Positions 25,471-37,700 of a stretch of 64,000 nt of DNA are shown here, piece by piece. The stretch's first letter is position 1, and every line of letters starts with the position of its first letter. Source of the DNA: Gnetum montanum (taxonomy: Eukaryota > Plantae > Gnetophyta); NCBI GenBank assembly GCA_015680685.1, contig MNCI01001451.1:944274-1008273 (forward strand), written 5' to 3'. A program made the translations under genes and the position numbers. The notes beneath the pieces are model-generated. The model was not told where the DNA came from and ran no database searches. It saw nothing but the letters and a program-made list of their open reading frames with translations.

Positions 25471-26850
25471 CTAGTTGAGTTGCTTCTTGATCTTTTGTAG
25501 CTTAACATGTGGAGCTAGGTGTATGGGTATGATTTTATATTCACCTTCCCCTTCATCGGTGATGTTAAAAGGTAGTTCTGACCAAGAGACATCAGTAGGA
25601 ATGGCTTCTATGTCTGCGTCTTGTTGTGTTTCTTTAGTGCTAGTTGGATTGTCAGTCAACGTTGGGTTCACGTTCTGATGTATGTTCATGGTTTCTTGTT
25701 TAGGCTTAATGAACTCAAGTTCTGACCCTTGACCTACCTCAAGGTATGAGGAAATGATCGATGTTGTTGTATCCCCATGTATGATGATCTCACCTCCCTC
25801 GTAAGGTAGATGTATCTCCTGATGGATTGGTGANNNNNNNNNNNNNNNNNNNNNNNNNNNNNNNNNNNNNNNNNNNNNNNNNNNNNNNNNNNNNNNNNNN
25901 NNNNNNNNNNNNNNNNNNNNNNNNNNNNNNNNNNNNNNNNNNNNNNNNNNNNNNNNNNNNNNNNNNNNNNNNNNNNNNNNNNNNNNNNNNNNNNNNNNNN
26001 NNNCAGTACATTGAGAGGCTCTCGTACGAATGCTAACTTCAATTCCTGTTAGTGAGGATCTTTCTGCAGACGAACCATCTATTTATGCAGTATTATCCCC
26101 ACAACTTCAAGAATCGAAGACCACATCCTTAGANNNNNNNNNNNNNNNNNNNNNNNNNNNNNNNNNNNNNNNNNNTGGTGAAGTCATTACTAGGTCATAC
26201 AAACTTAAAGAAGTATTCTTTTGTTTTAAGACTTGTGTGACTTGGGTTAACGCATTTGCTAGGTCTTTATCATTTGGGACATTCTTATCCATAGAGATTT
26301 GGTCCATTTGATCTAGCATTCGTATTTATCATGGAGGGGTTTTTACATTAGTAGCTGAGAATGCTAGGTTTGGGATATGACTTGTGACTTCATCTTTGTT
26401 TTGGTGACTTGTACTAGGCTCATTAATGGACGAACTCATGGGAACGGTACTTAGTGGTGTAGGATTTGGTAGTCCTAATTTGTGTCCATGGTTTTCTCTC
26501 TCCATGCACTCTCTTTTTTCTCTTTCTAAGTGCTCTCTTATTACCCTATCGACAAGACGTTCTTGCAAAGGTTGTCGAGAAGTGGAGGTGGGTTGTGTGC
26601 CAGGGTGTTTTGGCGCCTGGACCACAAAGGGAATGGATCAGTTTTCAGATGGTATGTTTGTTGTGGTGGAAATTAAAGGAGGTATGCAGATGATGAATGG
26701 TTTTGATGGTGTGGGGGATGTGCATGTGGTAAAAGGGGTTTGAGGATATATTGGGGTAGGTGTGTTTTCTGAATGCCTGCGAATCACAAAAGGCTTTCGA
26801 GGAATGTCTTGTCTATCTTCCACATGGACAGTCCACATGGACAGTATTAA
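25471..26850 (-). pseudogene. Family B gag C-terminus and protease (partly in N gaps)
   Basis: DLANALTQVTQVLKQKNTSLSLYD and IHQEIHLPY align with family A gag-PR. The catalytic motif falls in the gap. Confidence 0.75.
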
Positions 26851-28347
26851 TCACATATGGGGCATCGTTGGTTTTGGTATTGAGAGAATCCTTGTAGACC
26901 CCCATGGATTGGTTTTGAGGCCTTCCGGGTTTGTCTCGTCAAACACTACTTCACCTCTATCTATCATGCGTTGTATGTCTTGTTTCAACGCAAAGCAGTA
27001 ATCAGTCCCATGACCATACCGTTGATGATATTCACAAAACCTATCCAACCTAAAGCCTTTTGGAATGGGAGGTTTGTTGGCTGTAGCTAAGGTTGGATTT
27101 TTGGCTAATGCGTAAAAGCGATCATGTCTTTGCGAGGTCGTAGGAGACATTTGTTTGTGTTGAATTAGCCTAGCCTTTAGAAGTTGATCAAGTAGTTGTG
27201 AAGGCTTCATGGACAATGGTGTGTATTGAGTAGGGTCTTTTCTTTCGAAGGTACGGGCATGACCTATGTTGTTGTTTCTTTTTGAGGAATTTTCAGGTGT
27301 ATTAGTGGGTGTGGTTCTTTCATAGTTGTTTGGGATAGCAGGTTGTTTTCCCTCAGTCACTACTTCTACTGTTGTTTTGGATTTATCTTTCCTCCTATGT
27401 TGGCTTCTAAAGGTTGAGTAGGCTGGGTCATTACTTGTTTGTGCCACTTCTTCTATGTCTTTGATTTGTACAAATGCTTGGCTCAATGTGTAGGCTTTCA
27501 GGTAGTAAAGTTTTGACTTAATAAAGTCATTCATGGCTGACTTAAGGATAGTGAGCAAATATGTTTCAGGGATAGGTTCGTGAAGTTCATTTAAGGTTGC
27601 ACTCCACCTTTGGATAAATTTCTGTGTTGACTCCAATTGCGCTTGTTTAACTTGAATCAAGCTATCTAACGTGGCTTCAGGTTTCAAATTGTACTTGAAA
27701 CGGGTGACAAACTGATGTAACAAACTCTCTAAAGAAGATATGAAGCTACGAGGTAAACATCGGTACCAGTCTAAGGCTTTTCCGGTTAAGGACATTGCAA
27801 ACACTAGCAAAATTACATGGGGCCATGCTTGAAGTAAAAGGCTTTCGGTTCTAAATGTCACTAGGTGGGCATTTGGGTCTCCTTCACCATTGTACTTGGT
27901 CAGTTGAGGTAATGAGAATCCTTTTGGCAGGGTCAAGGGTGGAACTGAGGGGTCAATTGGATCATCTTGATAGAAATCTAGTACCTTGACTTCCTCATTG
28001 TTAAAATTTTTAAGGCATTTTAATTCTTCTACCAACGAGTGCATCATCTTTTGTGTGTCTGCGCATTCTTGGGCAGTAGGCAAACTGGTGGATTGAGTGG
28101 ATTGTGCATGATAATGATTTAATTGTTGCATTGTTTGTGGAAAGAGAGGTAGTGGGGCTAACGTTTGTTGTGGTGGGATGGTATTCAGAACTGAGACTAC
28201 TGGTGGAACCCACTGCCTAGCCACAAGTTGTGAGGTAACACCCTGAACGTGTTGGGTTGGAGTAATTAATGGTGCTCCATGGATATGCACCTGAGGTATG
28301 TAATGGATGGATGTGGAAGCTGGTATGATCGATGGCATTCCAATCAC
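26851..28347 (-). CDS. gag: Retrotransposon Gag (Tat type), 498 aa open segment; N-terminus continues upstream through stops
   Basis: KYNGEGDPNAHL..F, FAMSLTGKALDWY..LP..I.S..L..F, KQ..ES..FIQRW, zinc knuckle CEYHQRYGHGTDYC. Confidence 0.92.
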   Translation of the reverse strand: MIGMPSIIPASTSIHYIPQVHIHGAPLITPTQHVQGVTSQLVARQWVPPVVSVLNTIPPQQTLAPLPLFPQTMQQLNHYHAQSTQSTSLPTAQECADTQKMMHSLVEELKCLKNFNNEEVKVLDFYQDDPIDPSVPPLTLPKGFSLPQLTKYNGEGDPNAHLVTFRTESLLLQAWPHVILLVFAMSLTGKALDWYRCLPRSFISSLESLLHQFVTRFKYNLKPEATLDSLIQVKQAQLESTQKFIQRWSATLNELHEPIPETYLLTILKSAMNDFIKSKLYYLKAYTLSQAFVQIKDIEEVAQTSNDPAYSTFRSQHRRKDKSKTTVEVVTEGKQPAIPNNYERTTPTNTPENSSKRNNNIGHARTFERKDPTQYTPLSMKPSQLLDQLLKARLIQHKQMSPTTSQRHDRFYALAKNPTLATANKPPIPKGFRLDRFCEYHQRYGHGTDYCFALKQDIQRMIDRGEVVFDETNPEGLKTNPWGSTRILSIPKPTMPHM

Positions 28348-29192
28348 TTGAGGTTGAAAAATTGACTTTGCGTTGGTTTAGAGAAGGAGTTGTTGGGACT
28401 GCACTGGTGGAGGAATGATGGAAGTGGACGCATCAGAGTGAATGTTATTGAGCACGGAGAAGATAGGAGTGGAATGGGGAACAGGTCCTTGAGTGTTTGT
28501 GGATGAAGAAGGAAACACATTTTCTTCTAGGAAAGGATGGAATAATGGGTTTGTGTGGGCATGGGGGCTAATGGTATGGTATGATTCTCCATGTTCAGAT
28601 TGGGCTGCAAAGTCATCTTCTTCATCTTGAGGCTCTATGGGAGGTAGTTGTAAGGCTTGACTTCTAGCCATAAGAAGCTGGGATATGAGTTTATGATGGT
28701 TTTCAGACAATGGGATTATGTCAAATGTAGAAGGGATGAAATCACGTCCTCCTTTGTGGATAAATTCATATTCTTGCTTAGCTTCCCTCTCTACATGATC
28801 AATGGGTAGGTTGGCTTGGATTTTAACATAGATAAAATTATACTGTTCCGGTGTAAGAGTTGCGTGAATCAGGCCTTTTCCCTATAGCCTATGGAATTGG
28901 CATGTAGGGCCTTGAGGATTTATGTGTTCAATAATGGTTATGGATTCTATAACAGTCACAGGGTTTGAAGCTTCGGCCCCAAAGTCAGCAATCGGTAGTG
29001 TTACTAGGTTGATTTGGGAAGATTCCATGATAAACGTGAATGGACTAGGGTATAGGAATGGAGTTGGATTGCAAGAAGTTGTAGCGTGGGGTGACACAAG
29101 CTCAATGTGGTCAACAAGGATGAGGAGACTCAAATGGGTAAGGTGGATGAGTTTTGACAGGTAGTGACGTTTTAACCAATAACAAGAAAGTG

Positions 29193-29215
29193 GCCCTCTT
29201 TCTAGCGCGAAAAAC
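29193..29215 (-). promoter_or_regulatory. Primer binding site of family B
   Basis: Directly after the LTR end (..GTACA): GTTTTTCGCGCTAGAAAGAGGG, resembling the TGGCGCTAGAAGGAGGG PBS seen in Tat-type elements. Confidence 0.7.
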
Positions 29216-30747
29216 TGTACTGACCTAAATCGTCGGTGTAAGGTTGGAAAGGAAATAGACACTGTGAGATCGTCGGGTAGCCACAGCTGACCCTGCCTTC
29301 ACCCGAGGGTAAGTTGAAAAAGTAAACGAAGGCAAAGTACCTTGGATGGTCTACATGTAAATCAACCAAGGACTTCCCCGAGTGTAAGCTATGGCTAGCG
29401 CTAGGGTTATCGTAAATGAGATGTAAACGAAATGCAAACAGCAATATGAAATGTAAACAGAGTGTACTGAATTATAAATAAAGCATAAACCAAAGTAAAT
29501 AATGTAAATGGAAGGCAATAATGAAACTGTATTGTATTGTTCAAATAGGAATATGCACCAGTCAAAGTGTAGTTGCACACGTGTGGATGGCAAGTCAAAC
29601 ACCTAGCCCTAGAATGATATGATGCGATGATGTGATGATCAAATGGGATGAATGTGAGAAATACTTGGAAGCTAATAATCAGGTTTGTCGAGCGCCCAAG
29701 GATTGCAAATTTTTTCTTTCTTCAGAGTTGCCAATCTCTCCAATTTTTTTGCCTCTTCCAATCTCTTCTTCTCCTACCAGTTTATGTGAATTGATAGGGT
29801 ATTTATAGGGTTGGGATAGGCTTGGGCAGTTGCATTCTTTGACCAGGTTCAATGTATCTGTGTTGGATAGTTGTGTACAAGTTGGATGTGTGCCGGATAT
29901 TTGCCTTCTTTGACCAGATTCAATGTATTTGTGTTTGGATAGTTGTGTACGAGTTGGATGTGTGTTGGCAAGTTGCATTCTTTGACCAGGTTCAATGTAT
30001 TTTACAATTTATGGGTTATTCAAGCCCATGAAAGTACATTTAATTTAGACCATGAGGGCTTGACATGCCCACAAATGGGGATTTATAATGAAATGTACAA
30101 CAAGAGAAATTTGACTGCCCAACGTGACTTGCAGTGTGACCTTCAAAACTTGCAATTTTGAGCTGAAATCTAGAATTTCTGAAGGCTGGGACCCATAGTT
30201 ATCAATAGTGGACCTTGAGGACAACTTGCACCCTTGAAATCAAGTCGTTTTGGCTCAATTTTGAGGCTCTAAAAGTTGGTGACGATGATCCTTACGTTGT
30301 GCAACGTTTGAAAAAGTAACCCTAGCGTCACCAAGTCAAAATGGCACATTTGAGGCCCAAATCTTGATTTTCTAGAGGCTGGGAGCTGTTGGGGACCTTG
30401 GTGAAGGTCATGGGGGGTCCTTGTGCTTGATTTCGGCCTATTTTGACTCAATTTTAGGGCTCCAAAAGTTGGTGACGCTGATCCTTACGCTGTGCAACGT
30501 CTGAAAAAGTAACCAAAGTGTACTTAGCCAAAACCAAATATTTTGAACCTAAAACTTTTGATTCTAGATGCTGGAAGTTGTTGTAGTCGCTTGTGGGCCC
30601 CAAGGGGACCTTTCCTATTGAATCATGGGCCATCAGGGACTATTTTGGAGGCCTCCAAGTTTGGTCACGTTGTACTCATGTTGGGCAGCAACATGACTTA
30701 GCTTGATTCTTGTCTAAAAGTGCTAGGCCAAAATTAGTGGTGTTTCA
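29216..30747 (-). repeat. Family B LTR flanked by both a PPT and a PBS (shared middle LTR)
   Basis: TG...CA termini; PPT at 30748-30760 and PBS at 29193-29215; 30748-31964 repeats 23081-24266. Confidence 0.92.
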
Positions 30748-31964
30748 TTGGCCCCTCTTTGTTGATGTCTAGAGGAATCTACCTAAGGGATGTCGACAAA
30801 GAAATGCAAAACACCATGAGCAACAAAGAATCAAACATTAACCATCGGCCCTTGGCTGGGTGTCATCGCACCATTTTCAAAAGTATATGGGATTGAGGGA
30901 ATATGGTTCAAGATGCAAGGGAATCAGTTGTAACCAGGGAAGCTAGGAGGTTAAGGGCTATGATTGTTGTTGGGATTGTGGGAGAGGAATGCTCTCTTGT
31001 GCACAAGTCATGTCATTGGTCCTTGTTAACAGCTGGGTTTTCAGTAGACTCGGAACCAAGACATAGGAAGTACGTTCTTTGGAGAAATGGGACTCTTATA
31101 GAGTATTTGCGGGTCCCATTGTAAACAGCCAAAGCCACGCGATGATGTGCAACATGGTATCTTTGAGACACGAGTGTAACTTTTTTTTAAGACAACTACC
31201 TTCTTGCCTGGGGCTTGTATGAGAATAGCCAATAGTCTTTTCTTTATGATGTCAACGGGGTCATGAAGACCTTTTCTGTGCATTTTTCTCTTTGACCTTT
31301 TTTTTCTCTTTTTCTTATTTTTTTTTGGTTTTTTTGAAAGAGCTTGCTTTTTGTGCCATGCTTGTGTATGAGCACTTACATTTTGTATCATGTTCTATGT
31401 ATTGTGTTTTGCATCGCAATTGCTTAGAGAGATACAGTATGCAACAGTGTATCAAGAGTTTTAAGATGAGTGGAATGTATCAAGGGGGATGTAATCAAAT
31501 AGGATAAGGGAGCATGATGGGAAATAGGGAATGTATCAAGAGTTGGGAATGTACTTATGAACAGATTGATTAACCCAGTTGTGTGCATCAGGAAATACCT
31601 AATACCTTGTCATCATGATGAAGTACATCTATGCACGAATGCCTTAGAAGTGTCATCCTGCAAACACAACTCCAAGAAGACAAGAGAACGAGAAATGAAA
31701 CAGTCAGCTAAACACTTTAAACAAGGAGATGGAGTCACCACATGCAATTTTCAAAGCAGATAGAATCATGTCCAACATTAGCCTCATTAAGGCCCATGAG
31801 ATGAATTATGCAACAAGTGTTTGCGAAATATGAACAGCTGATTGCAGCGATACATCTTTTGAAATTTTGCTTGGTCGTCAATGATGTCACCAGTTTATAA
31901 TCTTAGCGGACTATTGTGGGTTAGTTTCACGTCATAACCCCTTGGACGGTGCTAGTTTAGCATC

Positions 31965-34230
31965 CACTGGAACCAGTCCAGAATTTCATCCAACATTAGA
32001 GCATGACCCTTAATGAAATCTGCGAGCCCATCATGAAGGCCCACTTGTTGGCCATCTTTAAGGGTGTAGTGAACGACTTTATTAAGTCTAAGCTTTATTA
32101 TCTCGCTTCACGCACTCTTAGTTAGGCTTTCACCTAGACTAAGAGCATATAGGATGTGGCTGAGGCGAGCAAAGACCTAGCCTATGTTGCATACAAGAAC
32201 ACCTTCATGAAGAAGGATAAGGGTAAGGCTACAATGGCCACAGTGGCTGCTTTGGTGAACGAGGCCAAACCCAAACCTAACAACAACAGTAACAAGAACA
32301 ACAAGAAATTGGTCACACCTATAGCTAACCTCGCACCTAAATAGGCCAATGCACCGCAACCTTCTACATTCACACCTGAGATATCTACACCACCTAAACC
32401 AAAATTTGAGTGTAAAGATCGCTCAAAGCACACCCCATTACCTGTTAAGCCTTTAGATATTCTGAAGTAGTTACTGGCGGTAGGGTACATCCAACATAAG
32501 CGGATGTCGGGGGAGGGAGTCAGGAAACACCAGCGGTACTACGAACTTCTTAGGAATCCCTCTTTGGCCTTGCCCAATGAGCCCCCAGTTCCTAAGGGTT
32601 TCAAGCTAGAGCGGTTTTGTGACTACCATCAATAGTGTGGTGACGACACAAATTATTACATGGCACTGAAGGATGACATCCAAAGGATGATCGATCAGGG
32701 GAAACTGGTGCTAGAAGAAAGCAACCCAGTACGTCCCGAGAATCAATCCTTGCACGTTTACATGGATCCTTGCAATGCCAACAACGTCGATTACATTATC
32801 AACATCATCGACGTTGATAGTAATCCTAGACCATCCCAGCAGTCATTTGTGGTCTGTGTGCCTCAACATAGCACACCAGTCCCACCAATGGCTAATCAAA
32901 CCTTGCAGTAACCTTTCATCCTTAGAGTCCCTCCCTGAGCATCTGCCCCTGCACCACCTATTAACAAAATTGTACCACCACAGTGTACACTAACATCGTT
33001 AGCTCTATTCGTTATCAGGGGGCCAAGACATTCAAGAACCCCCACCCCACATAAGGCAGCTTCATAGCCTTCTCATCCTAGGAAATGAGAAGTGCGCTTC
33101 ACAGGTGAGATGTCAAGGGAAAGTACCACCTAGGTACTTCCAAGCCTATGTCCTCACCCCCTGCATCGATGTCCTCATCGTTGAAAGATAACATTGGCAC
33201 GCATGCATAGTCTTCGCCACCTTGTCCAAAAGGATCTGAACCCAGACCTGAAACTGTCCCTTCTTGGAAAATTCATCTTCTGGGAAAAATAGAAGAGGAG
33301 AAAGGCAGTAAAATAGAAAGTGGCCAGGACCTTTTGAGTGTCCTCACCCAGGTTAAGTAAGCTCTAAAACAGAAAAACACTATGCTTAGCCTATATGACG
33401 TAATCATGACATCTATCGCACATCGTGAGGCTTTGATATGCATGTTAACAATAGTTTTGGTTGATAAGAACATGCCAGTGGAAGAGAAGGCAATCCATTC
33501 GATCATGCTCGCTTCTGTGCCTGCAGAGCCAAAGCCATTCCAACTGATGTTTTACGATGATTCCATTAGGGAAGACCCTAAAAAGGGTTAGGTGACTATA
33601 GCACCTCTTTTCATCACAATTAGGATTGGCCAACATAAGATCCGAAGGGTACACATTGATGATGGAGCTACTAGAAATGTCATCCCTTTCCCTATTATGG
33701 ATAAGCTAGGTTTGGTCGACTAGATCAGACCCACAACAATGTCATGCTTAAAGTCATTCAATGAGGCATGGGTTGTGGTGAAAGGCATGGTCCATATTAA
33801 CTTCGTGGTAGGGGACCAGTTCCCCACAAACGCAACGTTCATCATGGTTGAAGAGATGTCCGGGTTTAACCTAATGTTGGGGAGGTCATGGTTAGTGCAA
33901 CTTAGGGCTATCTCTTCACCCATTCATCAGGAGATCCATCTACCCTATGTAGGGAGGGAGGTGGTGATCCATGACGATGAGGTAGCAACACAGGCTATCA
34001 ACAACATAGATATGGAGCAGGGCTCAGAGGTCATAACCTCTGAGAATGAAGTGCCTGTCTCTATAAATACTAATCGTTTGACAAGAGAATTGGCTCAGCA
34101 TGCTGGTTCAGAAAATGAAAACGCACGGGCTAAGTTGCCCTTCTAAGTGGAGGACAATGATATAGATGAAGGCTATGGCAAAGCGCCTTAGCCTTACGCC
34201 TTGCCCAATCCACGATGGGTCAAGAAGTAG
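31965..34230 (+). pseudogene. Family A gag C-half and aspartic protease, unit 2
   Basis: FCDYHQ.CG.DTNYY knuckle, IRRVHIDDGATRNVIP, FNLMLGRSWL. Many stops. Confidence 0.88.
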
Positions 34231-34369
34231 TTACGCATAGCATAGCAACCCCACTGTTTCTTGCCTAGTTTCCATCCTTTGTAAATTTATCGCCCTTTTT
34301 TTTGCATCCATCCATCTACGTTAGGTACTAATTAGCCATCTTCTAAATCATTAGCGTATCATTTTGGTA

Positions 34370-34580
34370 CCATGCCATGGCCTGAAATGGCCTAAAACTA
34401 CGGTACTAGGCCATGGCCCGAAATGGCCTATAACTATGCATCACGCCATGGCCCGAAATGGCCTAAAACTACGCTATCATACCATGGCCTGAAATGGCCT
34501 AAAACTATGCTACCATCCCAAGGCCCGAAATGGCCTAAAACTACGCTACCATACCATGGCTCGAAATGGCCTAAAACTAA
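34370..34580 (+). repeat. Post-protease array of GGCC-YGAAAT-GGCC-TAAAACT modules
   Basis: Six ~37 bp units. Confidence 0.92.
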
Positions 34581-34750
34581 AACATCAAAATCAAAAAGTT
34601 AACATAAAATTGATCACATAGACAATGCATAAGCCAACATAGAACCAATTCCTTTTCCAAATTTCTCCTTTTTCATTCAAAACTTTTGTCACTTAAACAA
34701 TGTTTTCAATAGTTTTGCAAAAAATTCAAAATTTCAAAAACCCCATGCTG

Positions 34751-37700
34751 TCATGGATTGTCGTCACCCGCATCATCTTCGCCCGCATCGTTTACTCCCA
34801 CATCATTCCCTTCTGCATCGCCTTCCTCTATACTACCTGTTACTGCCTCTTTATTTCCATCCTCTGTGGGCCCTGCGCCCTCATTTGGAATCTACATTGT
34901 AAAAGTGAAGTAGTTAGCTAGAGCAACACACGAAAGCTAGAATAGAGCATAAGCCTTAACATAGCAGAAAGTGACTAAACCACAATGGCCCTGCTTCTGT
35001 CTCGAAGGGTATACGATCCAAATCGAGCCCGAGGTGGTGCCAGACCTCCTCCTCCGTGATATTTGCCCAATGCCTATTGCTTGATTTAGCTTCTGTAGAA
35101 ACTTTCTCCTTTTTGACAGTCATCCATCTCGGTGGTCCTGGAGAAAAGAAGGTAGTAGCAGTTACACCTGTGGGAAGGTCCACTTCCCATTTAGGAGATT
35201 CACTGACCGTTACTTGCTCCATGAACTTGTTATAAGACTCAATAGCACCAATGGAATTCAGAAATGCTTTATAGGTAAACACCTTGACTGAAGCATCCCG
35301 GTATAGTTTACGATAGGTGGCACATTCTAGTTTATACATATGTTTATGGTTCTTCTAGGATTGCCCCCATTCGTAAACTCTGGTGCTATAGTCTTTCTAG
35401 TCCTAGTTCTTCTAAGCTAACAGGTCCATCTGCATCTGCTGTTCTATGATTTCTTGAGTGGCCTTGTTGTTGTGCTGCACGATTGTCTAATATCTAGCAT
35501 AATCTATTATAGTCGTGTGCCAATTGCCATCATTAGTATCATGGGCCATGAGGAATTCATTCTTGGATTTGAGGTCTCCCACTTTGGTGCTCAGTACAAC
35601 CTTCTCTTTCTTAGTTCTTTGAACCCATTTCCATAAGTCCTCATTGACATGCCTACACTCCCACAAGGAGCGTGCCAAGTCCAAAGAGAATTTTCTAGCC
35701 TCGTCATATATGCGATGAGGCACCTCGGCCACTTCGAGCAGGAATGTAGGCACGACACTAACTTGCAATGCCTGTTTCGGGTCCTATTTGAGTCGAGAGG
35801 CTATAACCACACAAAGAGCGCATTAGTCACATCAACATAGCAAAGTTAGTAGCTTAAGACATCTAGCGTAGAAACTTTAAAAAGCCTAGCGTAGCTACTT
35901 TACTTACCCACTTCAATATTGACCTACCTGAGATGGCTGATCATATCATTGACGACTCCTTGCATAAATGTAAGTTTGTTAGGGGTCTCGGCCCATGGTT
36001 CCAGGCGAGCAAGGGGAGGTCCTACATCATTGAAAATGGTGTCTGTTATGTAAACAAACACATCAATAATGACTAAGGTGGACTGTAATAAAGCTGTGAG
36101 TAATGTAAATGACAGTGTAAAGGATCCTACCTAATAAACCCTTAGGGGTAATAACGGGGGGATCACCCATCGACATATCATCGAATATATTGTCAAACTC
36201 ACTAGTGTCTAATTACAGTTCCCCTCCTTTCTGGCTCAAAGCTATGGTAGCACCCTTGGCATTTGTTCGCTCACCCGATGCTGAACTGCGTTCAGTAGAG
36301 GAACCTTCAACAGAAGTCCCTTTTCAATCGATGTGAGCTTCCTCTTTATTTACTAGCACCTTTCTTTTCAAGGTACCAGCATCCTCCTCATCCATAGGAG
36401 ACTCCTCTTCATCTCCAAAAATGTCCTCCTCATCAGTAAGAGGATTTTCCTTGATGACAGGAGCCCTTTCCTTAATGACAAGAGCTCCTTCCCTATTGAC
36501 AGGGGCCCTTTCTACTATGACTGGGCCCTTTGCATCTTTATTTTCTACCCCTGTCTTGGGGATCGACACCTCTTCTTCACCTTCTTCTTCTTCTTCATCT
36601 TCCTCTAGCAGGAAAAAAAACATATTCGCATTGTAGCTTAAACCACGTTAGCTAAAGTAGGTGCTACGCTATGCTACGCTATCTAGCGTAGCACATCATA
36701 GCAAGTATTTAGATCAAAAATGAAGAGACAAGCACAAATAAGAGCATTTACTGATGGGAGGCTATGTCTTGCATAGCTTAAACCGTAGTGATGGTCCCCC
36801 TTCCTTGACCATATGGGAAAGCTCTTCGTCTGGAGGAGGCCTCTTTCACCGCAACTTAGTGGCCACTTTCTCATCGATGAGACGTTTCCCCCATGATACA
36901 CTACCTATAACAGTAGGGGGCACCTCTCCCACACTATCATGGCCACGGAAGTTGCAGGCCACTCAATCCTTAGTCATCATAGAAAATGACTCCCCAATAG
37001 CTTTTGGGGGATCTTGGGCTTGGCAGGTCTGGAGGATTTGGTAGATCCATGGTTTGGAAATCTAGTTGCAACCTGGCATAACCCAGACTTCTTCCTCACA
37101 GACTACCAAAAGCTCCATAAAATGCTGCAAGCAGGCTATGTAAAAGGCATAGTGCACATTGAAACGAGACTCCTAATTCTTATGAAGCACAATGATTTCA
37201 GTTTGCAAGCCTTTACATAGATGCCTAGCCCAGTTGTAGCGGGCCCCCTCTTCCATGACCTCCCACATCATCTAAGCTTACTCAATCCCAATGATCTTTC
37301 CTTGGGAAAGTAGCTAGGGAAAGCATGGGCACAGAAGATGGGATAAACCTCTTTGACAACTCTTGGCTTGACCTTCTCCATGGGGATCCCCTTTTGCGCC
37401 TTTGCAACCCCTAGCAACTCCTCAATGTCCTCCTTTTGACAGTTCACCTCTTTCTTGGTCTTTGACCCTATAAGGATACCATCAATAGGGACATCGAAAA
37501 GGTCCATGAATAGTTGGTCATTAATTTCAAGAACCACCCACATATTGTGTATACATGTGTGGAAGTGGTCTACCTTCTTGGAAAATGAGTTCACTAGGGC
37601 AAGCATCTCAGCGGTAAGGACGCTTAGGTTTGGGGCCAGGAATAAATCCATGAGCCCAGCATCTTGAAGGTGCTTGATCAGGGATTTCAAGGCCGCGCTA

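Larger units (their letters stand above)
21509..31964 (-). mobile_element. Family B non-autonomous Tat-like LTR element (gag-protease only) plus part of a second tandem unit
   Basis: Two ~1.55 kb LTRs, PBS, PPT, gag and PR flanks are present; no RT, RH or INT. Confidence 0.88.
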
